Source: Myxococcales bacterium (GTDB lineage Bacteria > Myxococcota_A > UBA9042 > JABWCM01 > BTVJ01). Taken from it: a stretch of DNA of 28,543 nucleotides. The DNA lies in assembly GCA_045863395.1 (NCBI GenBank), contig BTVJ01000094.1, positions 1-28,543 of the forward strand, read 5' to 3'. Below, piece by piece: positions 18,858 to 28,244 of this stretch. A program made the position numbers and the translations under genes. The notes under the pieces are model-generated. The model did not search any database. It was not told the origin of the DNA and saw nothing but the letters and a program-made list of their open reading frames with translations. Every line of letters starts with the position of its first letter. Positions within the stretch are counted from its first letter, which is position 1.

Positions 18858-18960
18858 GTGATAGTCGGGGTCTGTGCAATGGCAAAGCCGTGAACTCCGC
18901 CAGGTCCGGGAGGAAGCAACGGTAGCAGCGATGTCATGTGCGGCAGGCCTCGGCTATCGC
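18858..18960 (+). ncRNA. ffs: Signal recognition particle RNA (small 4.5S type)
   Basis: Domain IV core CAGGTCC-GGGA-GGAAGCAAC; closing stem GTGATAGTCGGGGTCTG / CAGGCCTCGGCTATCGC; located upstream of dnaX. Ends approximate. Confidence 0.92.
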
Positions 18961-19128
18961 CCCCATACTTCATGTCGTGGAAGGCGTTACGCGCCCCTGA
19001 GGACGCTCGGCAGCGCGCGTTGGAGGACCGACACGACGCAGCGACGTCCCCTCGACGGCTGAGGCGGCACGAGCACCCGTCGGGAGGCGCGCCCTGGCGC
19101 CCTTCTCGCCGCAACGACGGAAGAGCCC

Positions 19129-20976
19129 ATGTCCTACCTCGTACTCGCACGCAAGTGGCGCCCGACGGGCTTCGACGAGGTCATCGGGCAGGATCACGTC
19201 ACCCGCACCCTGTCGAACGCCATCCGCATGGATCGGGTGGCGCACGCCTTCCTGTTCACCGGGGCCCGCGGGGTCGGCAAGACGTCGACGGCCAGGATCC
19301 TCGCCAAGGCGCTGAACTGCCAGGCGGGACCCACGCCCGAGCCCTGCGGCGAGTGCAACGCCTGCCGCGAGATCCCCCTGGGGACGGCCATCGACGTGCT
19401 GGAGATCGACGGCGCCTCCAACCGCGGCATCGGCGAGATCCGGGAGCTGCGCGAGGGCATCAAATACGCGCCATCCAGGGATCGCTACAAGATCTACATC
19501 ATCGACGAGGTCCACATGCTGACCTCGGAGGCCTTCAACGCCCTGCTCAAGACCCTGGAAGAGCCCCCCGCCCACGTGAAGTTCATCTTCGCGACGACGG
19601 AGCCCCAGAAGATCCCCGTCACCATCCTCTCCCGGTGCCAGCGCTTCGACTTCAAGCGGGTGCCAGCGAGCGCGCTGACGGCGCGGCTCGTCGACATCCT
19701 GAAGGCCGAGGACGTCCACATGGACGAGGCCGCGCTGCACATCATCGCGCGCGAGAGCGAGGGGAGCATGCGCGACGCCATGTCCCTGCTCGACCGGGTG
19801 ATCTCCTTCGCTGGAAATGACGTCACCGGGGACCAGATCGCCGAGATCCTCGGCGTGGCGGACCGCCGCTGGCTCCACGACCTGGTCGACGCGGTGCTGG
19901 GGCAGGACGCGGCGACGGCCCTGGCCATCGTCAACGACGTGCACCAGTACGGCTTCGACATCCAGCACTTCGCGGCCGAGCTGGCGCGCTTCCTGCGGGA
20001 CCTGCTGGTCATCAGGGTGAGCGGCGCGGGCGAGCAGCTCACCGACCTGTCGCAGAGCGAGTACCAGACCCTGGTGCAGCTCGGCGGGCGGCGGTCTGCC
20101 GACGACCTCCTGTCCATCTTTCGCGTGGCCCTGCGCGCCGCCGAGGAGGTCGCGCACTCGCGCTTCCCCAAGCTCACCCTGGAGATGGCGGTCATCCGCA
20201 TGGCGGGGCTCCGGCCGCTGCAGCCCCTCGACGAGCTGCTCGGCAGGCTGGAGGAGCTCGAGCGGAAGCTGCCGGACGGCTTCGTACTCCCGTCGGGGAG
20301 CGTGCAGCCGCCGCGGGCGGAGCTGATGACGCCGCGAGGGCCGGCGCCCTCCCCTGCCCCGCGCCCTTCGCTGCGCCTCGTGCAACAAGAGGAGCAGCTT
20401 GCGCCACCCGCGCAGGTGCAGGCGCTCACCCCGCCCGCGCCGACGCGGCCCGAGGTGCCTCCCACGCCTCCCCGGGTCGAGGCGCCCCGGGTCGAGGCGC
20501 CCCGGGTCGAGGCGCCGGCGCCGGTCCAAGGGCACCTCCTTGCTCCTGCGTCGCTGCGCCCCTTCGAGGCGTGGCTCGCGGAGGCGGATCCCCCCCTGGC
20601 GGGCCAGCTCGCTCAGGCCGCACTCTCGACCGACGCCGGCGAGCTCCTCGTGGCGTTCAAGGACGACCTGTTCCTCTCGTCGTTCCAGCACGGATCGGCC
20701 GCGTGGGAGAGGCTCGCCGCAAGAGTTCAGCAGTTCTTCGGCGACGGGACCCGCCCGCGGGTGTGCCGGCTCGACAATGGGGCAGAGACCACCTGGGATC
20801 GCCTCGAACGGGAGCGAGTGGCCCGAATCGCGAGGCGGGAAGCGGAGGCACGGCAGCACCCTGCGGTCGCCGCCCTCGTCGCGGCCTTCGAGGGGACGGT
20901 GCGGAGGGTCGTGGTGCACGACGACTTGAAGGGCCTCGGCGCTGCCGAGGCCACGGACGAAGCGGAGACATCGTGA
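19129..20976 (+). CDS. dnaX: DNA polymerase III subunit gamma/tau
   Basis: MSYLVLARKWRP, Walker A GARGVGKT, Zn module PCGECNAC, IIDEVH, TILSRCQRF, GSMRDA. Confidence 0.98.
   Translation: MSYLVLARKWRPTGFDEVIGQDHVTRTLSNAIRMDRVAHAFLFTGARGVGKTSTARILAKALNCQAGPTPEPCGECNACREIPLGTAIDVLEIDGASNRGIGEIRELREGIKYAPSRDRYKIYIIDEVHMLTSEAFNALLKTLEEPPAHVKFIFATTEPQKIPVTILSRCQRFDFKRVPASALTARLVDILKAEDVHMDEAALHIIARESEGSMRDAMSLLDRVISFAGNDVTGDQIAEILGVADRRWLHDLVDAVLGQDAATALAIVNDVHQYGFDIQHFAAELARFLRDLLVIRVSGAGEQLTDLSQSEYQTLVQLGGRRSADDLLSIFRVALRAAEEVAHSRFPKLTLEMAVIRMAGLRPLQPLDELLGRLEELERKLPDGFVLPSGSVQPPRAELMTPRGPAPSPAPRPSLRLVQQEEQLAPPAQVQALTPPAPTRPEVPPTPPRVEAPRVEAPRVEAPAPVQGHLLAPASLRPFEAWLAEADPPLAGQLAQAALSTDAGELLVAFKDDLFLSSFQHGSAAWERLAARVQQFFGDGTRPRVCRLDNGAETTWDRLERERVARIARREAEARQHPAVAALVAAFEGTVRRVVVHDDLKGLGAAEATDEAETS
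20470..20514 (+). repeat. 15-bp exact tandem repeat x3 (PRVEA) in the DnaX linker
   Basis: CCCCGGGTCGAGGCG three times. Confidence 0.92.
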
Positions 20977-21314
20977 TGGCAGACGACATGAAGGACGGCA
21001 TCCCCGGCGGCCTCTCCGGCCTGCTCGAGCAGGCCCAGAAGATGCAGGAGCGCCTCAAGACCATCCAGGACCGGGCAGCCCAGAGGACGGTCGACGGCAG
21101 CTCCGGCGGCGGCATGGTCACGGTGACGGTCAACGGCCTGCAGGAGGTCGTGGCGGTGCGCATCGACCCGAGCGTCGTGAACCCGCAGGACGTGGAGATG
21201 CTCCAGGACCTGATCGTCGCCGCCGCCAACGTCGCGCTCCAGAACGTGCGCGAGCACATGGCGTCGGAGATGTCCAACCTCGCTGACGGCATGAAGATCC
21301 CCGGCCTGTTCTGA
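20976..21314 (+). CDS. ybaB: YbaB/EbfC family nucleoid-associated protein (112 aa)
   Basis: QAQKMQ, GSSGGGMVTVTVNG, DVEMLQDLIVAAAN, IPGLF; TGATG coupling with both dnaX and recR. Confidence 0.95.
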   Translation: MADDMKDGIPGGLSGLLEQAQKMQERLKTIQDRAAQRTVDGSSGGGMVTVTVNGLQEVVAVRIDPSVVNPQDVEMLQDLIVAAANVALQNVREHMASEMSNLADGMKIPGLF

Positions 21315-21910
21315 TGATCCTGCCGGCCCCCCTCGAGCGCCTCGTCGCCGCGCTGGCGCGCCTGCCCGGCGTCGGCGAACGGACCGCCACCCGGCTCGCC
21401 TTCCACGTGCTCGACCAGCCGCGCGAATACGCCACGTCGCTGGCGGAGGCCGTCATCGCGGTCAAGGACCGCATCTGCACCTGCACCCTCTGCAACAACA
21501 TCGCCGAGGCCGAGCTGTGCCCCATCTGCGCCGACCCCGGGCGCGACCGGGGCCTCGTGTGCGTGGTGGAGTCCGTGCCCGACCTGCTGGCCATCGAGCA
21601 GACCGGCGAGTACGGGGGAACCTATCACGTCCTCCACGGGGCCCTCGCCCCCCTGCGGGGGATCGGGCCCTCGGACCTGCGCCTGGACGGGCTGGTCCGA
21701 CGGGCCCAGGGCGGCGGCGTCCGGGAGGTCGTCGTCGCAACCAATGTCGACGTGGAAGGAGAAGCGACGGCCCTCTACGTGCGAAGGCTGGTGGCACCCC
21801 ACGGGGTCCGGGTCACGCGCATCGCCTCGGGAGTGCCCATGGGCGGCGACCTGGAGTACATGGACCGGGTCACGCTGGTTCGGGCGCTCACGGGGAGGAG
21901 AGAGATGTGA
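21314..21910 (+). CDS. recR: Recombination mediator RecR
   Basis: LPGVGERTATRLA, C4 zinc finger, YHVLHG, ATNVDVEGEATA, TRIASGVPMGGDLEY. Confidence 0.98.
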   Translation: MILPAPLERLVAALARLPGVGERTATRLAFHVLDQPREYATSLAEAVIAVKDRICTCTLCNNIAEAELCPICADPGRDRGLVCVVESVPDLLAIEQTGEYGGTYHVLHGALAPLRGIGPSDLRLDGLVRRAQGGGVREVVVATNVDVEGEATALYVRRLVAPHGVRVTRIASGVPMGGDLEYMDRVTLVRALTGRREM

Positions 21911-21941
21911 CGCCGCGGCTCGGGCCCAGGGCGGGAACGCC

Positions 21942-21970
21942 TTGCGCCACAGGGGCGGGTGGTCAATAAT
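21942..21970 (+). promoter_or_regulatory. Candidate sigma70 promoter for the secreted-protein operon
   Basis: TTGCGC-17 nt-AATAAT in an otherwise GC-rich intergenic region. Confidence 0.5.
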
Positions 21971-22077
21971 GCGGCGTGTTCGAGTCGCGCCGAGGTCCTG
22001 CTGCCCTCCGAGGAGGAGCAAGTCCAGGCAAGCGTGCGCTCCAGGGGCGGGCACCCGCCCGGACGAGGCTGTCGCGG

Positions 22078-25000
22078 ATGAAGTCGGGCCGATCCAAGGC
22101 AAGCGCGGCGTGGCTGCTCCTGGCCGGGGCCCTCGCCTCGCTGGCGGGCTGCGCGGAGGACGTGGTCGGCGGTGGCGGCGCTGACACACAGGACGCCGTG
22201 GTGGACGGCGGCAGCTCCGAGGACGCGCCCGACGTCGCAGAGCCCCCGGTCGACGCGCCCACCGCGCCGGACACGACGGACACCGCGCCAGACGTCCCCA
22301 GCGGCGACCTCGCCGCCTTCGGCGAGCCCTGCACGGCCGACACCGACTGCGAGAGCGGCCGCTGCGTCCCCGCCGAGGCCGGCTCCGTCTGTACCCAAGC
22401 GTGCCTCGACAAGTGCCCCGCAGGCTGGACCTGCCGCTTCGATCCGGCGCGGTGGTCCCAGCCGAGCGATGGCTACGTCTGCGTCCCGCTCTACACGAAC
22501 CTCTGCCGCCCCTGCCACGACGACGCGGACTGCCGCCCCTATGGCCTGATGCCTGGTGACGCGGTCTGCGTCGCCAGCGGAGACGCCGGCAGCTTCTGCG
22601 GCGCTCCCTGCGATGACCAGGGCGGGTGCCCCGCCGGCTACGCTTGTGGTGACGCGGGGGGCACGGCCCAGTGCCTGCGTACCGAGGGCGAGTGTCCGTG
22701 CAACGGCGCCGCCATCGCGGATGCGGCGACCACGAGCTGTTCCAGGACCAACGACCATGGGACCTGCAAAGGCGAGCGCTCGTGCGAACCCGGCGGCTTG
22801 ACGCCATGCAGTGCCAAGGCCGCCGCCATCGAGAGCTGCAACGGCAAGGACGACGACTGCGACGGCGTGGTCGATGACGACATCCCGGCGACGCCATGCA
22901 AGGTCAAGAGCCCCTTCGGGGAGTGCCCGGGGACGGTGGTGTGCGTCGGCGGCAAGACGGAGTGCACCGGGCCGGAAGCCGTGGAGGAGGCCTGCAACGG
23001 GCTGGACGACGACTGCGACGGCAAGACCGACGAGGGCTTCCCGGACTCGGACGGCGATGCGAAGCCCGACTGCTTGGAGACCGACGGCGACGGCGACGGC
23101 GTGGATGACGAGGACGACAACTGCCCGGAGGTCGCCAACGCTCTGCAAGAGGACCTGGATGGGGACGGCGTGGGCGACGCCTGCGACGCCGACGATGACG
23201 GCGATGGCGCCACGGACGGCGACGACTGCGCCCCACTGGATCCGGCCATCCACCCGGGCGCCAGCGAGGCCTGCAACGGCATGGACGACGACTGCGACGG
23301 CGCCACGGACGAGAACTACCTGGGGCTCGGGGATCCCTGCGACGGCCCGGACGCCGACCAGTGCGCCAGCGGAACGGTGACCTGCAGGAGCGACGGCACC
23401 GGGATCGAGTGCGCCGGCGACGACGGCGGCGCTGGCAAGCCCGAGCTCTGCAACGGGAAGGACGACGACTGCGACGGCCTGGTCGACGAGCTGTTCCCGG
23501 ACCTGGGCAAGCCCTGCGACGGTCCGGATACGGACCAGTGCGCCAACGGCATGGTGGTGTGTGCGGCAACGGGAGAGGCCACCACGTGCGGTCCGGAGTC
23601 GAAAGTCGACCTGAACGATGTGTGCAATGGCCTGGACGACGACTGCGACGGCCAGACCGACGAGGACTACCCTACACTGGGCCAGGCCTGCGACGGACCG
23701 GACGCGGACGAGTGCCTCAATGGCGCGCTCGCGTGCACTCCGGACGGCACGGCGGTCGTGTGCGCAGACGAGGTGGAGCTGTCCGAGGAGCTGTGCGACG
23801 GCAAGGACAACGACTGCGACGGCAAGGTGGACGAGGACTTCCCCCTGCTCGGCCTGCCTTGTGACGGCCCGGACTCCGACAAGTGCAAGAACGGCAAGGT
23901 GATCTGCGCGGCCGACGGCAAGACCACCCAGTGCTCGGCGGAGTTCCCGACGGACGTCGCCGAGGTCTGCAACGGCAAGGACGACGACTGCGACGGCGCC
24001 ACCGACGAGGGGTTCGTTGGTCTCGGCGAGCCCTGCGACGGCCCCGACGCAGACCTCTGCGAGAACGGCGTGAAGACCTGCTCGGCCGATGGAGCGGCCG
24101 TGGTCTGCGGCGTGGAGTCGCCCGAGGGCCTCGTGGAGCTCTGCAACGGCAAGGACGACGACTGCGACGGTGAGACCGACGAGGGGTTCCTTGGCCTTGG
24201 CGGGCCCTGCGACGGACCCGACGCTGACCAGTGCGCCAATGGGACCACGATCTGCGCGGCAGGGGGGGCTGGCACGACGTGCGCCGAGACCATCGAGGAC
24301 ATCGCCGAGGCCTGCAACGGGGTGGACGACGACTGCGACGGCGCCGTGGACGAGGACTTCCCGGGCCTCGGCCTGGCCTGCGACGGCCCCGACGAGGACG
24401 AGTGCATGAACGGCCTCCTGACCTGCACGGCGGACGGCTCCGCGACGGCGTGCACGGGGGAGGGGGGCGGCGTCGTCGAGATCTGCGACGGCAAGGACAA
24501 TGACTGCGACGGGCTCGTGGACGAAGGCTACCCGGGGCTCGGGGAGCCCTGCGATGGCCCCGACGAGGACGAGTGCCCCGGCGGCCTCGTCGCCTGCAGC
24601 GCCGCGGGCGACGGCGTGACCTGCGCGGAGCCTGGGACCGGGTACATCGAGCTGTGCAACGGCCTCGACGACGACTGCGACGGCGCCCTGGATGAAGGCT
24701 ACGACGGCCTCGGCGAGCCTTGTGACGGGCCGGACAACGACCAGTGCCCGAATGGGATCCGGGTGTGCGCGCCAAGCGGCCTCGGGATCGTGTGCGGGCC
24801 GGAGGCGCCTGCGGACATCCCCGAGCTGTGCAATGGAGTCGACGACGACTGCGACGGAGAGATCGACGAGGGCTACGTGGGGCTTGGGCTCGCCTGCGAC
24901 GGCCCGGACGGGGACCTGTGCGAGAACGGGGTGCGGGTGTGCACGCCCGGTGGGCTCGGGGTCACCTGCGGAGTGGAGAGCCCCCAGGGGCTCGTGGAGC

Positions 25001-25743
25001 TGTGCAACGGCCTCGACGACGACTGCGACGGCGAGACGGACGAGGAGTGGCCCACCCTCGGCGCACCCTGCGACGGGCCAGACGGAGACTCGTGCGCGAA
25101 CGGCGTGGTGGTGTGCAGCGCCGACGGTGGCGCTGCGGTGTGCGGGCCCGAGTCCCCGTCAGGGCTGGTCGATCTGTGCAACGGCCTCGACGACGACTGC
25201 GACGGCCTGATAGACGAGGGCTACCCGGGTGTGGGAGCGCCCTGCGATGGCCCCGACCTCGACCTGTGCAAGAGCGGGGTCGGCGCCTGCGCCGCAGACG
25301 GTCTGAGCGTCATCTGCCCCTTCGAGGCCGTCGTGGACCTCGTCGAGGTGTGCAACGGGCTCGACGACGACTGCGACGGCGCGACGGACGAGAGCTTCCT
25401 GCTCCTGGGGGATGCCTGCGACGGCCCGGACGAGGACGACTGCCTCGACGGGACGTGGGCCTGCACCGCCGATGGCGCGGGCCTGGAGTGCACGGGAGAG
25501 GGAGGTTCGACCATCGAGGTGTGCGACGGGAAGGACAACGACTGCGACGGCGAGGTGGACGAAGGGTGCAACCCGACGCGGGTCATGACCACGTTCGGGG
25601 GCGCGGCCCTCGTCGGGACGAGCGGGGGACTGCACGTGACGGCGGGCGCGTGCCTGCCACAGATCAGCGCGAGCGAGGGCCCCTCGGGAGGGGCGGTGTA
25701 TCACGTGAAGCTGGGCCTCTACGCGACGACGGTGGGCCCGTGA
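22078..25743 (+). CDS. Large Cys/Asp-rich lipoprotein with putative metal-binding (MopE-related) repeats and thrombospondin type-3-like repeats (1221 aa)
   Basis: WLLLAGALASLAG-C lipobox; 16 copies of C(N/D)GxD(D/N)DCDG; DxDGDG...DNCP...QEDLDGDGVGDACD segment; short beta-rich C-terminal domain. Confidence 0.9.
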   Translation: MKSGRSKASAAWLLLAGALASLAGCAEDVVGGGGADTQDAVVDGGSSEDAPDVAEPPVDAPTAPDTTDTAPDVPSGDLAAFGEPCTADTDCESGRCVPAEAGSVCTQACLDKCPAGWTCRFDPARWSQPSDGYVCVPLYTNLCRPCHDDADCRPYGLMPGDAVCVASGDAGSFCGAPCDDQGGCPAGYACGDAGGTAQCLRTEGECPCNGAAIADAATTSCSRTNDHGTCKGERSCEPGGLTPCSAKAAAIESCNGKDDDCDGVVDDDIPATPCKVKSPFGECPGTVVCVGGKTECTGPEAVEEACNGLDDDCDGKTDEGFPDSDGDAKPDCLETDGDGDGVDDEDDNCPEVANALQEDLDGDGVGDACDADDDGDGATDGDDCAPLDPAIHPGASEACNGMDDDCDGATDENYLGLGDPCDGPDADQCASGTVTCRSDGTGIECAGDDGGAGKPELCNGKDDDCDGLVDELFPDLGKPCDGPDTDQCANGMVVCAATGEATTCGPESKVDLNDVCNGLDDDCDGQTDEDYPTLGQACDGPDADECLNGALACTPDGTAVVCADEVELSEELCDGKDNDCDGKVDEDFPLLGLPCDGPDSDKCKNGKVICAADGKTTQCSAEFPTDVAEVCNGKDDDCDGATDEGFVGLGEPCDGPDADLCENGVKTCSADGAAVVCGVESPEGLVELCNGKDDDCDGETDEGFLGLGGPCDGPDADQCANGTTICAAGGAGTTCAETIEDIAEACNGVDDDCDGAVDEDFPGLGLACDGPDEDECMNGLLTCTADGSATACTGEGGGVVEICDGKDNDCDGLVDEGYPGLGEPCDGPDEDECPGGLVACSAAGDGVTCAEPGTGYIELCNGLDDDCDGALDEGYDGLGEPCDGPDNDQCPNGIRVCAPSGLGIVCGPEAPADIPELCNGVDDDCDGEIDEGYVGLGLACDGPDGDLCENGVRVCTPGGLGVTCGVESPQGLVELCNGLDDDCDGETDEEWPTLGAPCDGPDGDSCANGVVVCSADGGAAVCGPESPSGLVDLCNGLDDDCDGLIDEGYPGVGAPCDGPDLDLCKSGVGACAADGLSVICPFEAVVDLVEVCNGLDDDCDGATDESFLLLGDACDGPDEDDCLDGTWACTADGAGLECTGEGGSTIEVCDGKDNDCDGEVDEGCNPTRVMTTFGGAALVGTSGGLHVTAGACLPQISASEGPSGGAVYHVKLGLYATTVGP
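23265..25569 (+). repeat. Array of ~57-59 aa coding repeats: ExCNGxDDDCDGxxDExxxxLGxxCDGPDxDxCxxGxxxCxxxGxxxxC
   Basis: 13 full units plus a terminal half unit, read from the translation. Confidence 0.9.
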
Positions 25744-25790
25744 GAGTTCGGCCCCCCACGCCCGGGTGGCCCCAGCGAGGAGTGAGCGAC

Positions 25791-28235
25791 ATGAACGAGC
25801 GACGGTGGAAGAGCTGGGGCGCCCTGAGCGCCGTGTGCGCCTTGGCCCTGGCCCTCGGAGGCCCTGCGGCGGCAGCGGTGCCGCAGGTGATGAACGCCCA
25901 AGGCGTCCTGCGCACGGCGGGCGGACAGGTGGTGGATGGGAGCTACGCGCTCACCTTCTCGCTCTACGGACAGCAAGCGGGCGGGATCCCCCTGTGGACG
26001 GAGACCGTCGGTGGCGTTCCGGTCAAGAGCGGCCTGTTCAGCGTCCTGCTGGGCAACGGCACTCCGATCCCCGCGGCCCTCTTCGCGCAGTCCGACTCCC
26101 TGTGGCTGGCCATCCAGGTCGAAGACGACGTGGAGCTGCCCCGGGAGCGCCTGGTGACCCAGGCCTTCGCCTTCGAGGCACAGCACGCAGCCACGGCGAC
26201 CTTGGCGGACACGGCGACGACCGCCCAGGGGCTCTCCTGCTCCGGCTGCGTCGACGGCGTCGCCATCGCGGCGGGCAGCATCGACGGCGCCAAGATCGCC
26301 GCAGGCGCGGTGGGCTCGGCCCAGATCGCAGACGGGTCGGTGAGCCCGAGCGACGTGTCCTTCAACTACGCGGGCGGCACCACCAAGGGCGGCGCCGCGA
26401 CCAACGTGGAGTGCGTCGGGTGCATCGAGGCCGGCGAGGTCAGCTTCGGGTACGCGGGCAGCGCCACGGCAGGCGGAGCGGCCAGCGACGTCGCATGTAC
26501 GGGCTGCGTGTCCGCGGCAGAGCTGGACTTCGCGGCGGTGACGCAGACGGAGCTGGCGACGGCGATCGCGAACATCTACATCCCGCAGGTGACCCTGGAG
26601 AGCCTCGGCTGCTCCAACGGACAGGTGGCAGAGGTGGTCGGCGGGACCTGGGCGTGCGCCAACAAGCCCCAGGGCACGGTGCCGACCGCCAAGTGCGACG
26701 GGGAGTACGAGGCGCTCCAATGGGACGGCACGTCGTACAAGTGCAAGCAGGTCCTGGCGACCGGCGCCAGCGGCGGCCTGGCCAAGGGCTTCGAGCAGAA
26801 GGACTCGTGGGGCTACACGTGGGACGGCCTGGAGCGCCAGTCGGCCACGTGGGCGGTCGCTGACGCGGCTTGCAAGGCCAAGGGTGGGCGCCTGCCGACC
26901 CTCACGGAGCTCTACCGGGTGAGCGGAGCGGGGCTCTCCGAGGTCGGCAACACCTACGAGACCAACTACCTGTGGACGCGCACACAGTGGGCGCCAGCGC
27001 AGCACGGGCGGGTGCGCCTGACGGACGGCGCCACCGGCGGCCTCGCGGACGACACGGCGAGCGCCTACCGCTGCGTGTGGCCGAACAACACGCTGGGCTA
27101 CTTCGCGGGCAACCACTGCTACGGCCCCCCCGGCGCCGAGTGCTGGACCGACAGCGGCGAGGGCAAGCGCATGCACGTGGACAAGTACGAGCGGCCTGTC
27201 GCGACCTACGTGGCGGCGACCGACGAGTGCAACTTCTACCACGCCCACGTGCCGACGACCCTCGACTTCGCGGAGAACGTCACCGCGGGCACCGGCCTGC
27301 CGAACGGCAGCAACGCGTGGGTCTGGACCAGCGACGCGAGCCGCTACGACCACGCCAACGTCGTGCGATGGACCGGCTCGCAGCCCGCCAGCTTCGACGG
27401 CACCTACAGCACCTGGCAGAGCTACGCCAACAAGTCCGGCAACACCTACAACTTCCGCTGCATCGGCGTGAACTACGACGCGGGCGCCCACCCGAACACC
27501 ATCCTCAACGAGCAGGTGGCCAAGACCACCTACGTCAAGGGCGAGAAGCTCGACATGGGGCTCACCGCCTTCGCCGTGGCGGCCAGCGCGTGCTTCGAGA
27601 AGGGCGGCCACATGGCCATGCAGCGGGACATGATGGAGCTGGTGCGCGACGGCCTGCCCAACGGCACGAACAGCCTGCTCTGGACGGCGGACACCAGCAG
27701 CGCGACGAACACCCAGGTGGTCCGGTGGACGGGCATCGACCCCTCCTACACCGACTACTACTCGACCTACGCGACGTGGAACAACCGCAACGGGAGCCTG
27801 GCCTACCGCTGCGTGTACTACCCGCTCGACACGGACTACGCTGGTCCCACGGGCGGCAAGTGCGTCAGCGACTCCGACTGCTTCACCGTGCAGAAGGGAG
27901 GCACCACGAAGATCAAGATGTGGGCGGACAACTTCGACCGGAGCCCCCTCACCTACATCGGCGCCGTGCGGGCGTGCAACGACGAGGGCGGCCACCTGGC
28001 GTCTGCCCGGGACCTGACCGAGCTGGCGCGGTCCGGCCTCGCCAATGGCTCCAACAACTGGCTGTGGACCGCGGATGCCGTGGACGGGTCGGGTGTGCCC
28101 ACCATCCGCGTGCTGATCATGCGGTGGCTCAACGTGGACACGGCGTTCAACGCGCTCAGCGCCACCTACGCCACGGACTCGAACAAGACGGGGACCCGCC
28201 CCTACCGCTGCGTCTGGACCAACGAGCTGCGCTAG
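25791..28235 (+). CDS. Secreted fibre/adhesin-like protein with CxGC motifs and four tandem C-type-lectin-like domains (814 aa)
   Basis: GAGGAG RBS; Sec signal ending AAAA-VP; N-domain QGVL...LTFSLY...LWTE...GLFSVLLG; four repeats of AxxxC...(RLPT-like)...WT...(Y/F)RC. Confidence 0.85.
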   Translation: MNERRWKSWGALSAVCALALALGGPAAAAVPQVMNAQGVLRTAGGQVVDGSYALTFSLYGQQAGGIPLWTETVGGVPVKSGLFSVLLGNGTPIPAALFAQSDSLWLAIQVEDDVELPRERLVTQAFAFEAQHAATATLADTATTAQGLSCSGCVDGVAIAAGSIDGAKIAAGAVGSAQIADGSVSPSDVSFNYAGGTTKGGAATNVECVGCIEAGEVSFGYAGSATAGGAASDVACTGCVSAAELDFAAVTQTELATAIANIYIPQVTLESLGCSNGQVAEVVGGTWACANKPQGTVPTAKCDGEYEALQWDGTSYKCKQVLATGASGGLAKGFEQKDSWGYTWDGLERQSATWAVADAACKAKGGRLPTLTELYRVSGAGLSEVGNTYETNYLWTRTQWAPAQHGRVRLTDGATGGLADDTASAYRCVWPNNTLGYFAGNHCYGPPGAECWTDSGEGKRMHVDKYERPVATYVAATDECNFYHAHVPTTLDFAENVTAGTGLPNGSNAWVWTSDASRYDHANVVRWTGSQPASFDGTYSTWQSYANKSGNTYNFRCIGVNYDAGAHPNTILNEQVAKTTYVKGEKLDMGLTAFAVAASACFEKGGHMAMQRDMMELVRDGLPNGTNSLLWTADTSSATNTQVVRWTGIDPSYTDYYSTYATWNNRNGSLAYRCVYYPLDTDYAGPTGGKCVSDSDCFTVQKGGTTKIKMWADNFDRSPLTYIGAVRACNDEGGHLASARDLTELARSGLANGSNNWLWTADAVDGSGVPTIRVLIMRWLNVDTAFNALSATYATDSNKTGTRPYRCVWTNELR

Positions 28236-28244
28236 GAGGCGACC

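Noticed and set aside
18908..18911. GGGA instead of GGAA in the SRP RNA tetraloop
   Set aside because: Still a GNRA loop, so within normal variation.
19129..20976. dnaX programmed frameshift or slippage producing gamma
   Set aside because: No A AAA AAG or long A run is visible in the gene.
24744..25790. N-terminal 349 aa of the 1163-aa ORF, and other long Arg/Pro-rich alternate-frame or antisense ORFs (e.g. 13224-15503, 20657-22897, 25719-28349)
   Set aside because: These are shadow ORFs caused by high GC3 in the real genes; they show no recognisable motifs.
26820..28235. Diversity-generating retroelement targeting the CLec or FGE-type domains
   Set aside because: No reverse transcriptase and no near-identical template/variable repeat pair differing at adenines was seen in the window; a trans-acting DGR elsewhere cannot be excluded.
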